Of a DNA stretch of 43,441 bases, positions 17,854 through 26,150 are shown piece by piece. Numbering within the stretch: the stretch's first letter is position 1; each line of letters opens with the position of its first letter. Location: positions 1 through 43,441 of the forward strand of contig SMWR01000088.1 in the NCBI GenBank assembly GCA_004356735.1, given 5' to 3'. The notes under the pieces are model-generated. The model did not search any database, had not been told where the DNA came from, and was given only the letters and a program-made list of their open reading frames with translations. The stretch is from Deltaproteobacteria bacterium (GTDB lineage Bacteria > Myxococcota_A > UBA9160 > SMWR01). The position numbers and the translations under genes were made by a program.

Positions 17854-18711
17854 TCACGCGGACAAGAATTCGACCGCCTCCCGCGCGAACTCGGGGCCGT
17901 CGTAGTCCACGGGAACCACATGGGCCGAGTTCTCGAGAATCCGATGTTTCCGCCGCTCGGACCGAACGGCATCGAAAATCTCCTTTGAATCCGAGGGGTC
18001 GGCGGTCCGATCGTGGGCCCCGTGGGCCACCAGGATGGGCGTCTCGATCCGACCGAGTGCGCGCCGCACGACGTTCTGGAAGTGGATGAGCTGGTGCACG
18101 GCCGCCAACGGCATCACCTCGTAGCTGGGGTGACGAGCGCGGGCCGCCGGATCCCGGATGTCCGAGCCGGTTGCCTTGCGGGGAAAAGGCAGCAGGTATT
18201 TCAGGACCGGAATCAGCAGCGGCAATGGCTGACGCAGGCGCAGTGGTGTCCCCACCACCACCGCCCCATCCACGGCAGCCTCCGCGGACAGGGCCAGCGC
18301 GACCAACCCGCCCATGGAGAGTCCCGCGACGAACACCCTGTCGTGCTGCTTGCGCAGCCGCTCCACAGCGTCCCGGGCCGCTCCCAGCCACTCCGTATAT
18401 TTCACACGCGCCAGCGCCTGGGGCGTCTCGTTGTGGCCCGGCAGCGCTGGGCCAAACGCCCGGTAGCCGGCTTGTGCGAAGGCCTCACCGAGTGAGCGCA
18501 TCTCGTAGGGCGTCCCCGAGAGACCATGAAGACACAATATTGCGTCTCTCCCGGATCCCGGAAAGTCGAACGGCGCCGGATCGACCCGGACTTCAGTCGA
18601 GGTCACGTCCGGCTTCTTCGGCGGCTTGGACCACCTTGCGCAAGGGAACCTGCTTGCTTCGCGCGAGTCGCTTGCAGTCATCGTATTCGGGCGAGACCGA
18701 AACGCGCCCAT
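17854..18711 (-). CDS. alpha/beta hydrolase (carboxylesterase/lysophospholipase-like)
   Basis: LCLHGLSG oxyanion region and GLSMGG nucleophile elbow. The annotated ATG at 18711 would overlap larC by 119 nt, so a GTG at 18606 (14-nt overlap) is a plausible true start. Confidence 0.8.
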   Translation of the reverse strand: MGAFRSRPNTMTASDSREASRFPCARWSKPPKKPDVTSTEVRVDPAPFDFPGSGRDAILCLHGLSGTPYEMRSLGEAFAQAGYRAFGPALPGHNETPQALARVKYTEWLGAARDAVERLRKQHDRVFVAGLSMGGLVALALSAEAAVDGAVVVGTPLRLRQPLPLLIPVLKYLLPFPRKATGSDIRDPAARARHPSYEVMPLAAVHQLIHFQNVVRRALGRIETPILVAHGAHDRTADPSDSKEIFDAVRSERRKHRILENSAHVVPVDYDGPEFAREAVEFLSA

Positions 18712-19837
18712 CGAGATCGAACACGCGCTTCACGCGAACGCGACCGTACGTCGTGTCGACCCTCCGGACTTCGCGTTTCAGGATGATGCGGTCGCTCTCG
18801 GTGACGCGCACGCCGATGGCGGTCGATTCCGCGAACAGGATGCGTGCCAGCGAGATCCGATCCGACGGATGGCCCAGGACGCGCACCAGGTGACCCGGGC
18901 GATTCTTCTTCATCTGCAGGGGTTGGACCGATACGTCGAGGGCGCCGACCTCGAAGAGGCGCTCCATCAGATAGTCGAAGTGCTCGGGCACGAGATCGTC
19001 CAGGTTCGTCTCGAGCACCACGATCCGGTCCGAGCCAGCTCCGACACTGCGCCCCAACACCGCACGCAGCACGTTCGGCATGGGTCCCGGCCGATCGTTT
19101 CCGGCACCCAGACCGATCGACTCGATGGTGAGCGCGGGCAACGGACCGTAGTCTTCGACGATCGTCTTGAGGATCGCGGCCCCGGTGGGCGTCACGGTCT
19201 CCCAGTTGACGTGGGCGGGCACGGTCGGAACCCCGCGCAGCAGCTCGAGGGTCGCCGGCGCCGGCAAGGGCAGTCGGCCGTGCTCTGTCTCGACGCTTCC
19301 TTCGCCCAGGGCCACTGGCGATGAGGTCACCCGGTCGATCTCGAGACGGGCCAGCCCGATGGCGGCCCCGGTCACGTCGACGATGGCGTCGACCGCCCCC
19401 ACCTCGTGGAAGTGCACCTCGTCGACCGGCTTGCCGTGGACCCTCGCCTCGGCTCGGGCCAGGGCCTCGAAAATGGCGATCGCGCGCTCACGAACGCCGC
19501 CGTCGAGGCGGGCACGCTCGAGGATCTTCACGATCGCGCCGAAGGACCTGCCGTGGTGGGGATGCCCGTGGGAATGTTTCCGAGCCGCCGACTTCTGCTT
19601 CGGTCGCGCCCTGGGGACGCCGACGTCGACGTAACGGGCGGCCAGCGCGCCGCGCTTCACCTTCCGCACCTTGAGGCTGAATTCCAGATCGAGTCCGGCC
19701 AGATCGCCTTCGAGCTCCTTTCGCTTGAGACCCAGGTCGAGCAGTGCGCCCAGAAACATGTTTCCGGCGATTCCCGAGAAACAATCCAGGTGCAGGGTTC
19801 TGACGCCCGATCTCTCCACACGCCGGGACGCGCCCAT
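18593..19837 (-). CDS. larC: nickel-pincer cofactor biosynthesis protein LarC (nickel insertion), single fused ORF
   Basis: LHLDCFSGIAGNMFLGALLDLG opening and a His-rich HSHGHPHHG loop (DUF111 family). The start is ATG 19837, or 19888 with a 29-nt overlap of larB. Confidence 0.9.
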   Translation of the reverse strand: MGASRRVERSGVRTLHLDCFSGIAGNMFLGALLDLGLKRKELEGDLAGLDLEFSLKVRKVKRGALAARYVDVGVPRARPKQKSAARKHSHGHPHHGRSFGAIVKILERARLDGGVRERAIAIFEALARAEARVHGKPVDEVHFHEVGAVDAIVDVTGAAIGLARLEIDRVTSSPVALGEGSVETEHGRLPLPAPATLELLRGVPTVPAHVNWETVTPTGAAILKTIVEDYGPLPALTIESIGLGAGNDRPGPMPNVLRAVLGRSVGAGSDRIVVLETNLDDLVPEHFDYLMERLFEVGALDVSVQPLQMKKNRPGHLVRVLGHPSDRISLARILFAESTAIGVRVTESDRIILKREVRRVDTTYGRVRVKRVFDLDGRVSVSPEYDDCKRLARSKQVPLRKVVQAAEEAGRDLD

Positions 19838-19859
19838 CCGACCCGTGCGACGCACGGGA

Positions 19860-20609
19860 CTAGAGTCGGTTGATAAGCGTCGCGACATAGGCGGCCCCGA
19901 AACCGTTGTCGATGTTCACCACAGTTACGTTGGAGGCACAGCTCGTCAGCATGCCCAGCAGGGCCGCGACACCGCCGAACGCGGCCCCGTAACCCACGCT
20001 GGTCGGAACGGCGATGACGGGCTTGTCCACCAGACCTCCGACCACCGATGGCAGGGCGCCTTCCATGCCGGCCACCGCGATCAGGACCCGCGCACTCCGC
20101 AGCACGTCACTCGACGCCAGCAACCGGTGCAGACCGGCAACACCCACGTCCGTCAGGACCTCGACCTTGTTTCCGAAGCGGCGAGCGACGCCTGCGGCTT
20201 CACTCGCCACAGGCAGATCCGAGGTCCCGGCACAGATGATGGCGATGGTGCCCTTGCCGAGCAGGGGCGGCTCGGCCGGTCCGTACCAGAGCAGGCGCGA
20301 CTTCTCGTCGTAATCACCGGCGCCCACCCGTTCGGCGACATGCCCTGCCACGTCGGACTCGACCCTCGTCGCCAGCACGTCCTGACCCGCATCGCGAATC
20401 GCCCGGACGATGTCGGCGATCTGATCCGGCGTCTTGCCCGGCGCGTAGATCACTTCTGGCAAACCCGCTCGCAGGGCTCGGTGGGTATCCACCCGGGCGC
20501 CGGGAACGTCCACGAACGGCAGACGCGCAATTCTCTCCAGTGCGTCATCGAGGGACACGTCACCCTGCTGCACGCCCTCGAGAAGCCGTCGCACCCGTTC
20601 GCGGTCCAT
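19860..20609 (-). CDS. larB: nickel-pincer cofactor biosynthesis protein LarB (AIR-carboxylase-like)
   Basis: N-terminal ..DVSLDDALERIARLPFVD..ARVDTHRALRAGLPEVIYAPGKT.. followed by a PurE-like C-terminal half (IAIICAGTSDLPVA). Confidence 0.9.
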   Translation of the reverse strand: MDRERVRRLLEGVQQGDVSLDDALERIARLPFVDVPGARVDTHRALRAGLPEVIYAPGKTPDQIADIVRAIRDAGQDVLATRVESDVAGHVAERVGAGDYDEKSRLLWYGPAEPPLLGKGTIAIICAGTSDLPVASEAAGVARRFGNKVEVLTDVGVAGLHRLLASSDVLRSARVLIAVAGMEGALPSVVGGLVDKPVIAVPTSVGYGAAFGGVAALLGMLTSCASNVTVVNIDNGFGAAYVATLINRL

Positions 20610-20630
20610 GGGACCACGGTATCAGAAGAT

Positions 20631-21170
20631 TCAGATCACGTCCGGGGCGATCACCAGGAGTGCGCGGCGCGCACCGTTGGGCTCGCAGAGATCGATCTCA
20701 CTGGCGATGCCGGCGCTTCCCTTGCGACGTTCGAAGAGCAGACTCCCGAACGCATCGTCCACTGAATCTCCAACCAGGATCGGGACCGAGATCGTAATGC
20801 GGTCACCGAGATGGTCGGCCACCGAGGACATCGCACGGGAGGCGACGATGTTGCCAACTTCGCGCAACACCGAGTGGGCCATGAGGCTGTTGGGATCAAC
20901 GCCCGGACACAGCAGGTCGATCACCGATTCGGCGCCCTTGGGTGGCAGGAACAGCGCAATCAGGCCCTGAACCGCACCCTCCATTTCGAAGATCACACCG
21001 GTTGCGCCCGCACCCATCTCTTCCACGGTAGCGGCGCGCACCCGCGGCTCGTGGGCGTGAAGATCGCTGCCCAGAATCGCCGAGATGGCCGAGGCCGCGC
21101 TGGCGGCGCTGATCTGCGCGATCTCGCGCATGCGGCCAAAAGCGGCGAAGAGCTCTTCGCTGGTCGTCAT
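20631..21170 (-). CDS. CheC-family CheY-P phosphatase (single intact active-site motif)
   Basis: Exact [D/S]-x3-E-x2-N-x22-P motif: SVLREVGN + 22 residues + P. The first-half motif is degenerate. An ATGA overlap links it to the cheA core stop. Confidence 0.7.
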   Translation of the reverse strand: MTTSEELFAAFGRMREIAQISAASAASAISAILGSDLHAHEPRVRAATVEEMGAGATGVIFEMEGAVQGLIALFLPPKGAESVIDLLCPGVDPNSLMAHSVLREVGNIVASRAMSSVADHLGDRITISVPILVGDSVDDAFGSLLFERRKGSAGIASEIDLCEPNGARRALLVIAPDVI

Positions 21171-22405
21171 GCCAGCTGATTCTGGTCGAGCACGAATACG
21201 GGCCGACCATCTCCCAGAATCGTGAGTCCGGCGAGCGCGCGAAGGGTCGAGAGCAGCTCCGGAACCGGCTTCACGTAGATCTGTTGCTGACCCGACACCC
21301 TGTCGGTCCGAAGGGCAATTCGCTCACCGCGAACGTCAGTGAGGATCAAGGTGACGACGCTGTCCCGCTCTCCGCCTACCGGTTCCTCAGATTCGTGTTC
21401 GCGGCCGTCGTCGAGCGCAAGCTGTGCGGCCAGATGGAGCACAGGAATCGGATCGTCATCGATCAGAACGAAGGACTCGTGGCCTGCCGTCTCGATCTGG
21501 TCGGAGTGGACTTCGAGGATGCGCTCAACCCGTGAGATCGGCAGCGCTACGGTCTCGTTCCCCAGGGCCAGCAGCAGAACGCGCTGGACCGCGGCCGTGA
21601 TCGGAACCGTCAACGTGGTGGTGGTGCCGCGCCCGGCCTCGGTAACGATCTCGACGCTGCCACCCAGCGACTCGATGGTTACCCGCACGGCGTCCATGCC
21701 GACACCGCGCCCGGAAATCGCGGAAACGGTCTCGACGGTCGAGAACCCGGGGAGGAAGACGAGGGCGACCAGTTCGTGGGGAGGCAGGTCCTCTGCGAGG
21801 TCCGGATGGAGCAGGCCCTTCTCGACCGCGCGGGAGCGCACCGCGTCGAGGTCCATACCGCGACCGTCGTCTCGCACCGAGATCTGGATCGAGTCCTTTA
21901 CGCGGCGGGCCTCGATGTCCAGACGTCCGATTTCCGGCTTGCCAGCTTCGAGCCGAGCCTCGGGGGTCTCGATGCCGTGATCGACGGCGTTTCGGATCAG
22001 GTGGACCAGGGGATCGCTGAGACGGTCGAGAATCGAGCGGTCCAGCTCGAGCTCGCCGCCCTCGATGTGGACCTGCACCCGCTTGCCGCTGAGTTGGGCG
22101 ATGTCTCGCGCCATGCGCGGCAGAAGCTCGACGATGCGGAGCAGGGGTGTCGTCCGCAGGTCGAGGGCACGCAGCTGGAGTTCGCCGACGACCCGATCCA
22201 TGCGGTCGAGGCCCGTGCCCAGATCAGCGTTGCGCTCGGGCCCGTCGCCAGCAGCCGCGGTTCGGACTTGGCTGGTGTTGAGGATCACTTCGCCCACGGT
22301 ACTGAGGAAGCGGTCCAGCATTTCGGTCTTGACGCGAACCGTCGGCGGCGGCTGCGGTGGGACCACCGTCTTGACGGGCGGCGGGGCGGGCGCGGGGCCC
22401 TTCAT
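21167..22405 (-). CDS. cheA: chemotaxis histidine kinase CheA, core part (P3 dimerisation, P4 HATPase, P5 CheW-like); lacks P1 and P2
   Basis: Pro-rich linker, then LDRFLSTVGEV. N box HLIRNAVDHGIE, G1 VRDDGRGMD, G2 GRGVGMDAV, and a CheW-like C-terminus. It lies in the +1 frame relative to the upstream Hpt ORF. Confidence 0.9.
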   Translation of the reverse strand: MKGPAPAPPPVKTVVPPQPPPTVRVKTEMLDRFLSTVGEVILNTSQVRTAAAGDGPERNADLGTGLDRMDRVVGELQLRALDLRTTPLLRIVELLPRMARDIAQLSGKRVQVHIEGGELELDRSILDRLSDPLVHLIRNAVDHGIETPEARLEAGKPEIGRLDIEARRVKDSIQISVRDDGRGMDLDAVRSRAVEKGLLHPDLAEDLPPHELVALVFLPGFSTVETVSAISGRGVGMDAVRVTIESLGGSVEIVTEAGRGTTTTLTVPITAAVQRVLLLALGNETVALPISRVERILEVHSDQIETAGHESFVLIDDDPIPVLHLAAQLALDDGREHESEEPVGGERDSVVTLILTDVRGERIALRTDRVSGQQQIYVKPVPELLSTLRALAGLTILGDGRPVFVLDQNQLA

Positions 22406-22438
22406 CGCAGCGAGTCCTACATCGTCATCGGAGGAGGC

Positions 22439-22477
22439 CGCCGCTACTCGAGTAGCGGCGTCACGACTTTTTTTTTT
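22439..22477 (-). promoter_or_regulatory. A10 homopolymer + 6-nt spacer + perfect 22-nt palindrome at the Hpt/kinase junction of cheA (slippage or recoding candidate)
   Basis: mRNA sense reads CAA AAA AAA AAG UCG UGA followed by CGCCGCUACUCGAGUAGCGGCG. The A10 tract is 22468-22477 and the palindrome is 22439-22460. Confidence 0.6.
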
Positions 22478-22871
22478 GGCACTCCGCGGGAGCGATGGGC
22501 GTAGCCAGTGCGTTGACGAGGTCGGGGTTGGGCGGTGGAGACTCGCCAGTCTGCCGCACGACCTCGATCATTGCCTCGAGCCCTTCCATGCCCTTGAACA
22601 CGAGTGTCAAACCCTCTGTACCGTCCACACCACCGGCACTCCGGATCTCCTGCATCCGATCCTCGAGAACGTGGGACACTTCGGCGATCGAGTCGTATTC
22701 CAGAGACGCCGCCATCCCCTTGATGGAATGGGCCATCCGGAACAGCACGTCGATCGCATCGGCGTGCTCGGTGTCCTTCTCGAGATCGAGAAGCGCCCGG
22801 CTCATGTCCGCGAGGTGCTCGGTGGCATCCTCGAGGAAGACCGCGCGGTACTTGGTCATGTCGAGGGCCAA
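22461..22871 (-). CDS. cheA: CheA P1 (Hpt) domain ORF, terminated just after an A10 tract
   Basis: Hpt signature ..DVLFRMAHSIKGMAASL.. The TTG start abuts the cheY stop; an alternative ATG is at 22859. The ORF ends ..ECQKKKS*. Confidence 0.85.
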   Translation of the reverse strand: MALDMTKYRAVFLEDATEHLADMSRALLDLEKDTEHADAIDVLFRMAHSIKGMAASLEYDSIAEVSHVLEDRMQEIRSAGGVDGTEGLTLVFKGMEGLEAMIEVVRQTGESPPPNPDLVNALATPIAPAECQKKKS

Positions 22872-23243
22872 CTACTGGCTCTCCTTTTCCAGCACCTTGT
22901 TCACCGTCTTGACGACGGAGTCGGGCTTGAAGGGCTTCACGATGAAGTCCCGCGCCCCTGCCTGAAGCGCTTCGGTCACGAGTGTTTCCTGACCGAGTGC
23001 GCTGCACATCACGACGCAGGCAGTGGAGTCGATCTCCAGAATGCCCTTCACCGCATCGATGCCCGACCTTCGCGGCATCACGATGTCCATCGTGACCAGG
23101 TCCGGATGGTGAGCCTTGAACTGATCGACAGCCTCGACGCCATCCGATGCCTCGGCAACGACCTCATGCCCTTCCGCCTCGACGATCTCACGGATCATCT
23201 GACGCATGAAGGCGGCATCATCTGCAACCAGAATTCGCGCCAT
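22872..23243 (-). CDS. cheY: CheY-like single-domain response regulator
   Basis: MARILVADDAAFMR..DLVTMDIVMP..IVKPF carries the acidic pocket, the phospho-Asp and the conserved Lys. A GGGGGAG Shine-Dalgarno lies upstream. Confidence 0.9.
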   Translation of the reverse strand: MARILVADDAAFMRQMIREIVEAEGHEVVAEASDGVEAVDQFKAHHPDLVTMDIVMPRRSGIDAVKGILEIDSTACVVMCSALGQETLVTEALQAGARDFIVKPFKPDSVVKTVNKVLEKESQ

Positions 23244-23262
23244 TTTCTTCTCCCCCCTGGAA

Positions 23263-23730
23263 TCATTCGTTTCGACCCAGTGAACTCTCAATCACTTCCT
23301 TCGCCCGGTCCACCAAACGGACCGGATCCAATACGAGCACCACGCGGTCGTCGATCGACCGCCGCTCCGCAACGGGATCCTCGTCCCGCGACATCGCACT
23401 CTCTCCATCGACGAGTCCCATGACCCGGTCTACGGGCAGTCCCAGCCGCGCGCCGCCCGTGATCGTCTCCGAGATCACCAACACTTGGGTCGGCTCGCCC
23501 AACTTCGCCGCCTCCACGTTCAACAGCACATTGGGCCGCAGCACCGGCAGAGCATCTCCGTGATGGTTCATCACCCCGGCGATCTCGGTCGGCAGGGTCG
23601 GGATACAGGCCAGTGGCTCCACCTCGCTGACCTCGACGATGCAGGCGATGGGAATCGCATAGATCGAGTCGGCCAGCTCGAACGTGAGGAGGCGCTGCTG
23701 AATGTCGGGTGCAGAGAAGACACCGGTCAC
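23263..23730 (-). CDS. cheW: CheW coupling protein
   Basis: ..[36 protein letters not shown].. is a CheW-like domain. Confidence 0.9.
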   Translation of the reverse strand: MTGVFSAPDIQQRLLTFELADSIYAIPIACIVEVSEVEPLACIPTLPTEIAGVMNHHGDALPVLRPNVLLNVEAAKLGEPTQVLVISETITGGARLGLPVDRVMGLVDGESAMSRDEDPVAERRSIDDRVVLVLDPVRLVDRAKEVIESSLGRNE

Positions 23731-25010
23731 GACTGGGGCTCTTTCGCGACGGAGCTTCCGGTCTCGAAGCGCCTCAGGATCTCCTGAAGCTGCTCGGCCA
23801 GCTCCGTCAGTGTCGTCGACGAGCTCACCATCTCCGACATGGAAATGAGTTGACGCTGGGAGGTGGCCACGACGCCGTCGATGGAAATGGAGTTGCTCTC
23901 AGCACCCTTGGCGACCTCGTCCATGGCACTCACCATGCGCTCGACACCCTGGGTCTGGCTATCGGCGCCATGGAAGATCTCCTCGGCACGGTTCGAAGCC
24001 TCACCCACGGCCTGACGAATGTTCTCCAGCGTGTGCGCGATCGTATCGACGTCCTCACGGCCCTCACGCATCCCCAGGCTCGACTCGCGCATCTCGTCGG
24101 CGACATCGTGTGTGTCGACCTGAATCTCGTTGATGAGCTTCGAGATCTCCTCGGCGCTTTCGCCCGAGTTCTCGGCCAGTTTGCGAATTTCGTCGGCCAC
24201 CACCGAGAAGCCACGACCGGCCTCGCCGGCGCGGGCGGCCTCGATCGAAGCGTTCAACGAAAGGAGATTCGTTCGATGCGCGATGCTGGTGATGATCGAA
24301 GAAATCTGGTTTACGTGGCGCGTCTTCTCCTCGAGCTCAAAGACCTTGGCCACCGCATGCTCTACCCGCTCGAAGACGGTGCGCATCTTCTCGATGGCAA
24401 GCCGCGCGATATCGACGCCCGAGTTCGCCTTCTGATTCGCCTCGGCGGCAAAGCCGAAAGCCTCGCGAGCATGGTCGGCATTGCGTTCGATGGTCGAGGC
24501 GATCTCGTGGATCAGTCGCGCCGCTTCGTTGAGCTGACTCTGCTGTTGGCTCACGTTTTCGGCGAGGTTGGCCACGGTAGAGGAGATCTCACCGTTGTTG
24601 GTGCTGACGTGCTCGGCGGAGCGGGTCAATTCATGGGCGGCGTGGGAAACGCGGTTGGCCGTCGACTGCACGTGTTCGACCAGGTTCCGCAAGCTGCCGG
24701 CCATGCCCTGAAGGCTGTGGGCCAGCGCATCGGTCTCATCCGGGAAGTGCGGGGTCTCATCTGCGACGACCTGGACGGTGAGGTCCCCGCGACTCATCTG
24801 ATCGCTGGCCCTGTGCAGTTGTTGGAACGTCTTCGAGAGGTCCCGCGACAGCAGCCATCCCAGGCCGGCGCCGAAGCCGAGCGCCACAAGACTCGAGAGA
24901 GACCAGTGCACGGCGAGTCCGCCGGCCTCAATGAGGGCCGGCACGATCTGAGCCGACAAACCGACCAGCACCGCCCCGAAAACAAACTTGTACTTCAGCG
25001 AAACTCGCAC
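23727..25010 (-). CDS. methyl-accepting chemotaxis protein with a membrane hairpin and HAMP domain but no periplasmic sensor domain
   Basis: Two TM helices are separated by about 8 residues, followed by HAMP. The conserved hairpin tip [33 protein letters not shown] is present. Confidence 0.9.
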   Translation of the reverse strand: MRVSLKYKFVFGAVLVGLSAQIVPALIEAGGLAVHWSLSSLVALGFGAGLGWLLSRDLSKTFQQLHRASDQMSRGDLTVQVVADETPHFPDETDALAHSLQGMAGSLRNLVEHVQSTANRVSHAAHELTRSAEHVSTNNGEISSTVANLAENVSQQQSQLNEAARLIHEIASTIERNADHAREAFGFAAEANQKANSGVDIARLAIEKMRTVFERVEHAVAKVFELEEKTRHVNQISSIITSIAHRTNLLSLNASIEAARAGEAGRGFSVVADEIRKLAENSGESAEEISKLINEIQVDTHDVADEMRESSLGMREGREDVDTIAHTLENIRQAVGEASNRAEEIFHGADSQTQGVERMVSAMDEVAKGAESNSISIDGVVATSQRQLISMSEMVSSSTTLTELAEQLQEILRRFETGSSVAKEPQS

Positions 25011-25120
25011 CCCCTGGCCTATCGGTGAAAGGGGGCGCCGCCTTGAAGCCTCGGACCCGAGAAAAAGGTAATCAAACCGACAAGTTGTCTAGGCGTCAGT
25101 CACCCGTCCCGGGAGCGGCA

Positions 25121-26077
25121 CTAGAAGTGACGAAAACCCCCGTGGGGAGCGGGTCCGGGCCTCGATTCCTGCACTGCCGCCGCCGCCCGGAGCCGGCCGA
25201 TCTCGGTCACAGCGACTCCCAGCCGCCGCGCCAGCGCGCCGGCCCCCGGCCCAGCGGGGCGCACACTGAACAACAGCTCGTAGTCCTCGCCGCCGGTCCG
25301 GGCCAGCCGCTCGGGTTCGAGACCGAGCTTCCGACAGGCTGCTCGGAAGCCGCGCGGCAGCGGGATCCGTTCGGCGGCGACCTCTGCCGCGAGCCGCGTG
25401 GTCTCGAGCAGGTGATCGAGATCCGCATCGAGCCCATCGGAAATGTCGATGCACCCCCCGATCTGCTTCACCCGGGTCAGCGCCCTGCCCGCTTCGAGCC
25501 GCGGCTGCGGCACCCGGCGGATTTGCCCGAGACCGCGCTCCGCCCGGGCCAGCTCCAAGGCGGGGCCACCGACCGTGCCGGTGACGAAGAGGCGATCGCC
25601 CCGGCGAACTCCACGCCGGGTGAGTGCGCGTCCGCGCCGGACGGCGCCCAGCGCCGTGATCGTGAGCGAGCACTCGGTCCCCCGGCTCACGTTGCCACCC
25701 ACGAGGGGGCAGCCATGCCGGCGGGCCTCGCGGAGCAGCCCCGCCACCAGCCCGTCCAGCGTCGCCACTTCGAGCGAGGCAGGTGTCACCAGCGCCAGCG
25801 TGAAGCCCAGCGGACGCGCCCCCATGGCCGCCAGATCCGAGAGGTTCGCCACCAGTGCGCGGCGCCCGATCGTGCGCGCGCTCTGGCTGCGCCAGCGGAA
25901 GTGTACGTCCTCCACCAGCGAATCGGTCGTGACGACGAGATCCTCACCCGAACGCAGCCGCAGGATCGCGGCGTCGTCGCCGATTCCGAGCACGACGAAG
26001 CGCGGGCTTCCCGCCCGACGGGCGGCGCGCTCGATTCGCGCAATCAGTTCGAACTCCCCGAGATCCCCTAACCGCAA
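25121..26077 (-). CDS. thiL: thiamine-monophosphate kinase ThiL
   Basis: LGEFELIARI..LGIGDDAAIL..VVTTDSLVEDVHF. I chose the in-frame TTG start at 26077; the longer ORF to 26320 would overlap the lon 3' end. Confidence 0.85.
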   Translation of the reverse strand: MRLGDLGEFELIARIERAARRAGSPRFVVLGIGDDAAILRLRSGEDLVVTTDSLVEDVHFRWRSQSARTIGRRALVANLSDLAAMGARPLGFTLALVTPASLEVATLDGLVAGLLREARRHGCPLVGGNVSRGTECSLTITALGAVRRGRALTRRGVRRGDRLFVTGTVGGPALELARAERGLGQIRRVPQPRLEAGRALTRVKQIGGCIDISDGLDADLDHLLETTRLAAEVAAERIPLPRGFRAACRKLGLEPERLARTGGEDYELLFSVRPAGPGAGALARRLGVAVTEIGRLRAAAAVQESRPGPAPHGGFRHF

Positions 26078-26150
26078 GAAACACAGGGTAGCGGCGCTCA
26101 GTGCCCGTATCCCAGTTCCCTGAGCAGCTCGCCGTCGGCTTGGAAATCGA

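Noticed and set aside
22439-22477. The palindrome followed by T10 on the + strand read as a Rho-independent terminator.
   Set aside because: There is no + strand gene upstream to terminate. The T-tract is separated from the stem by 7 nt, which is non-canonical. In the sense (-) direction the A-tract precedes the stem and no U-tract follows it.
22461-22477. A dnaX-type -1 ribosomal frameshift as the mechanism that joins the Hpt domain to the kinase core.
   Set aside because: The heptamer, spacer and hairpin fit the cassette. However, the -1 frame (..KKVVTPLLE*) closes after 9 codons. Only a net +1/-2 shift, or an A9/A12 template, reaches the kinase ORF, so -1 PRF alone cannot make full-length CheA.
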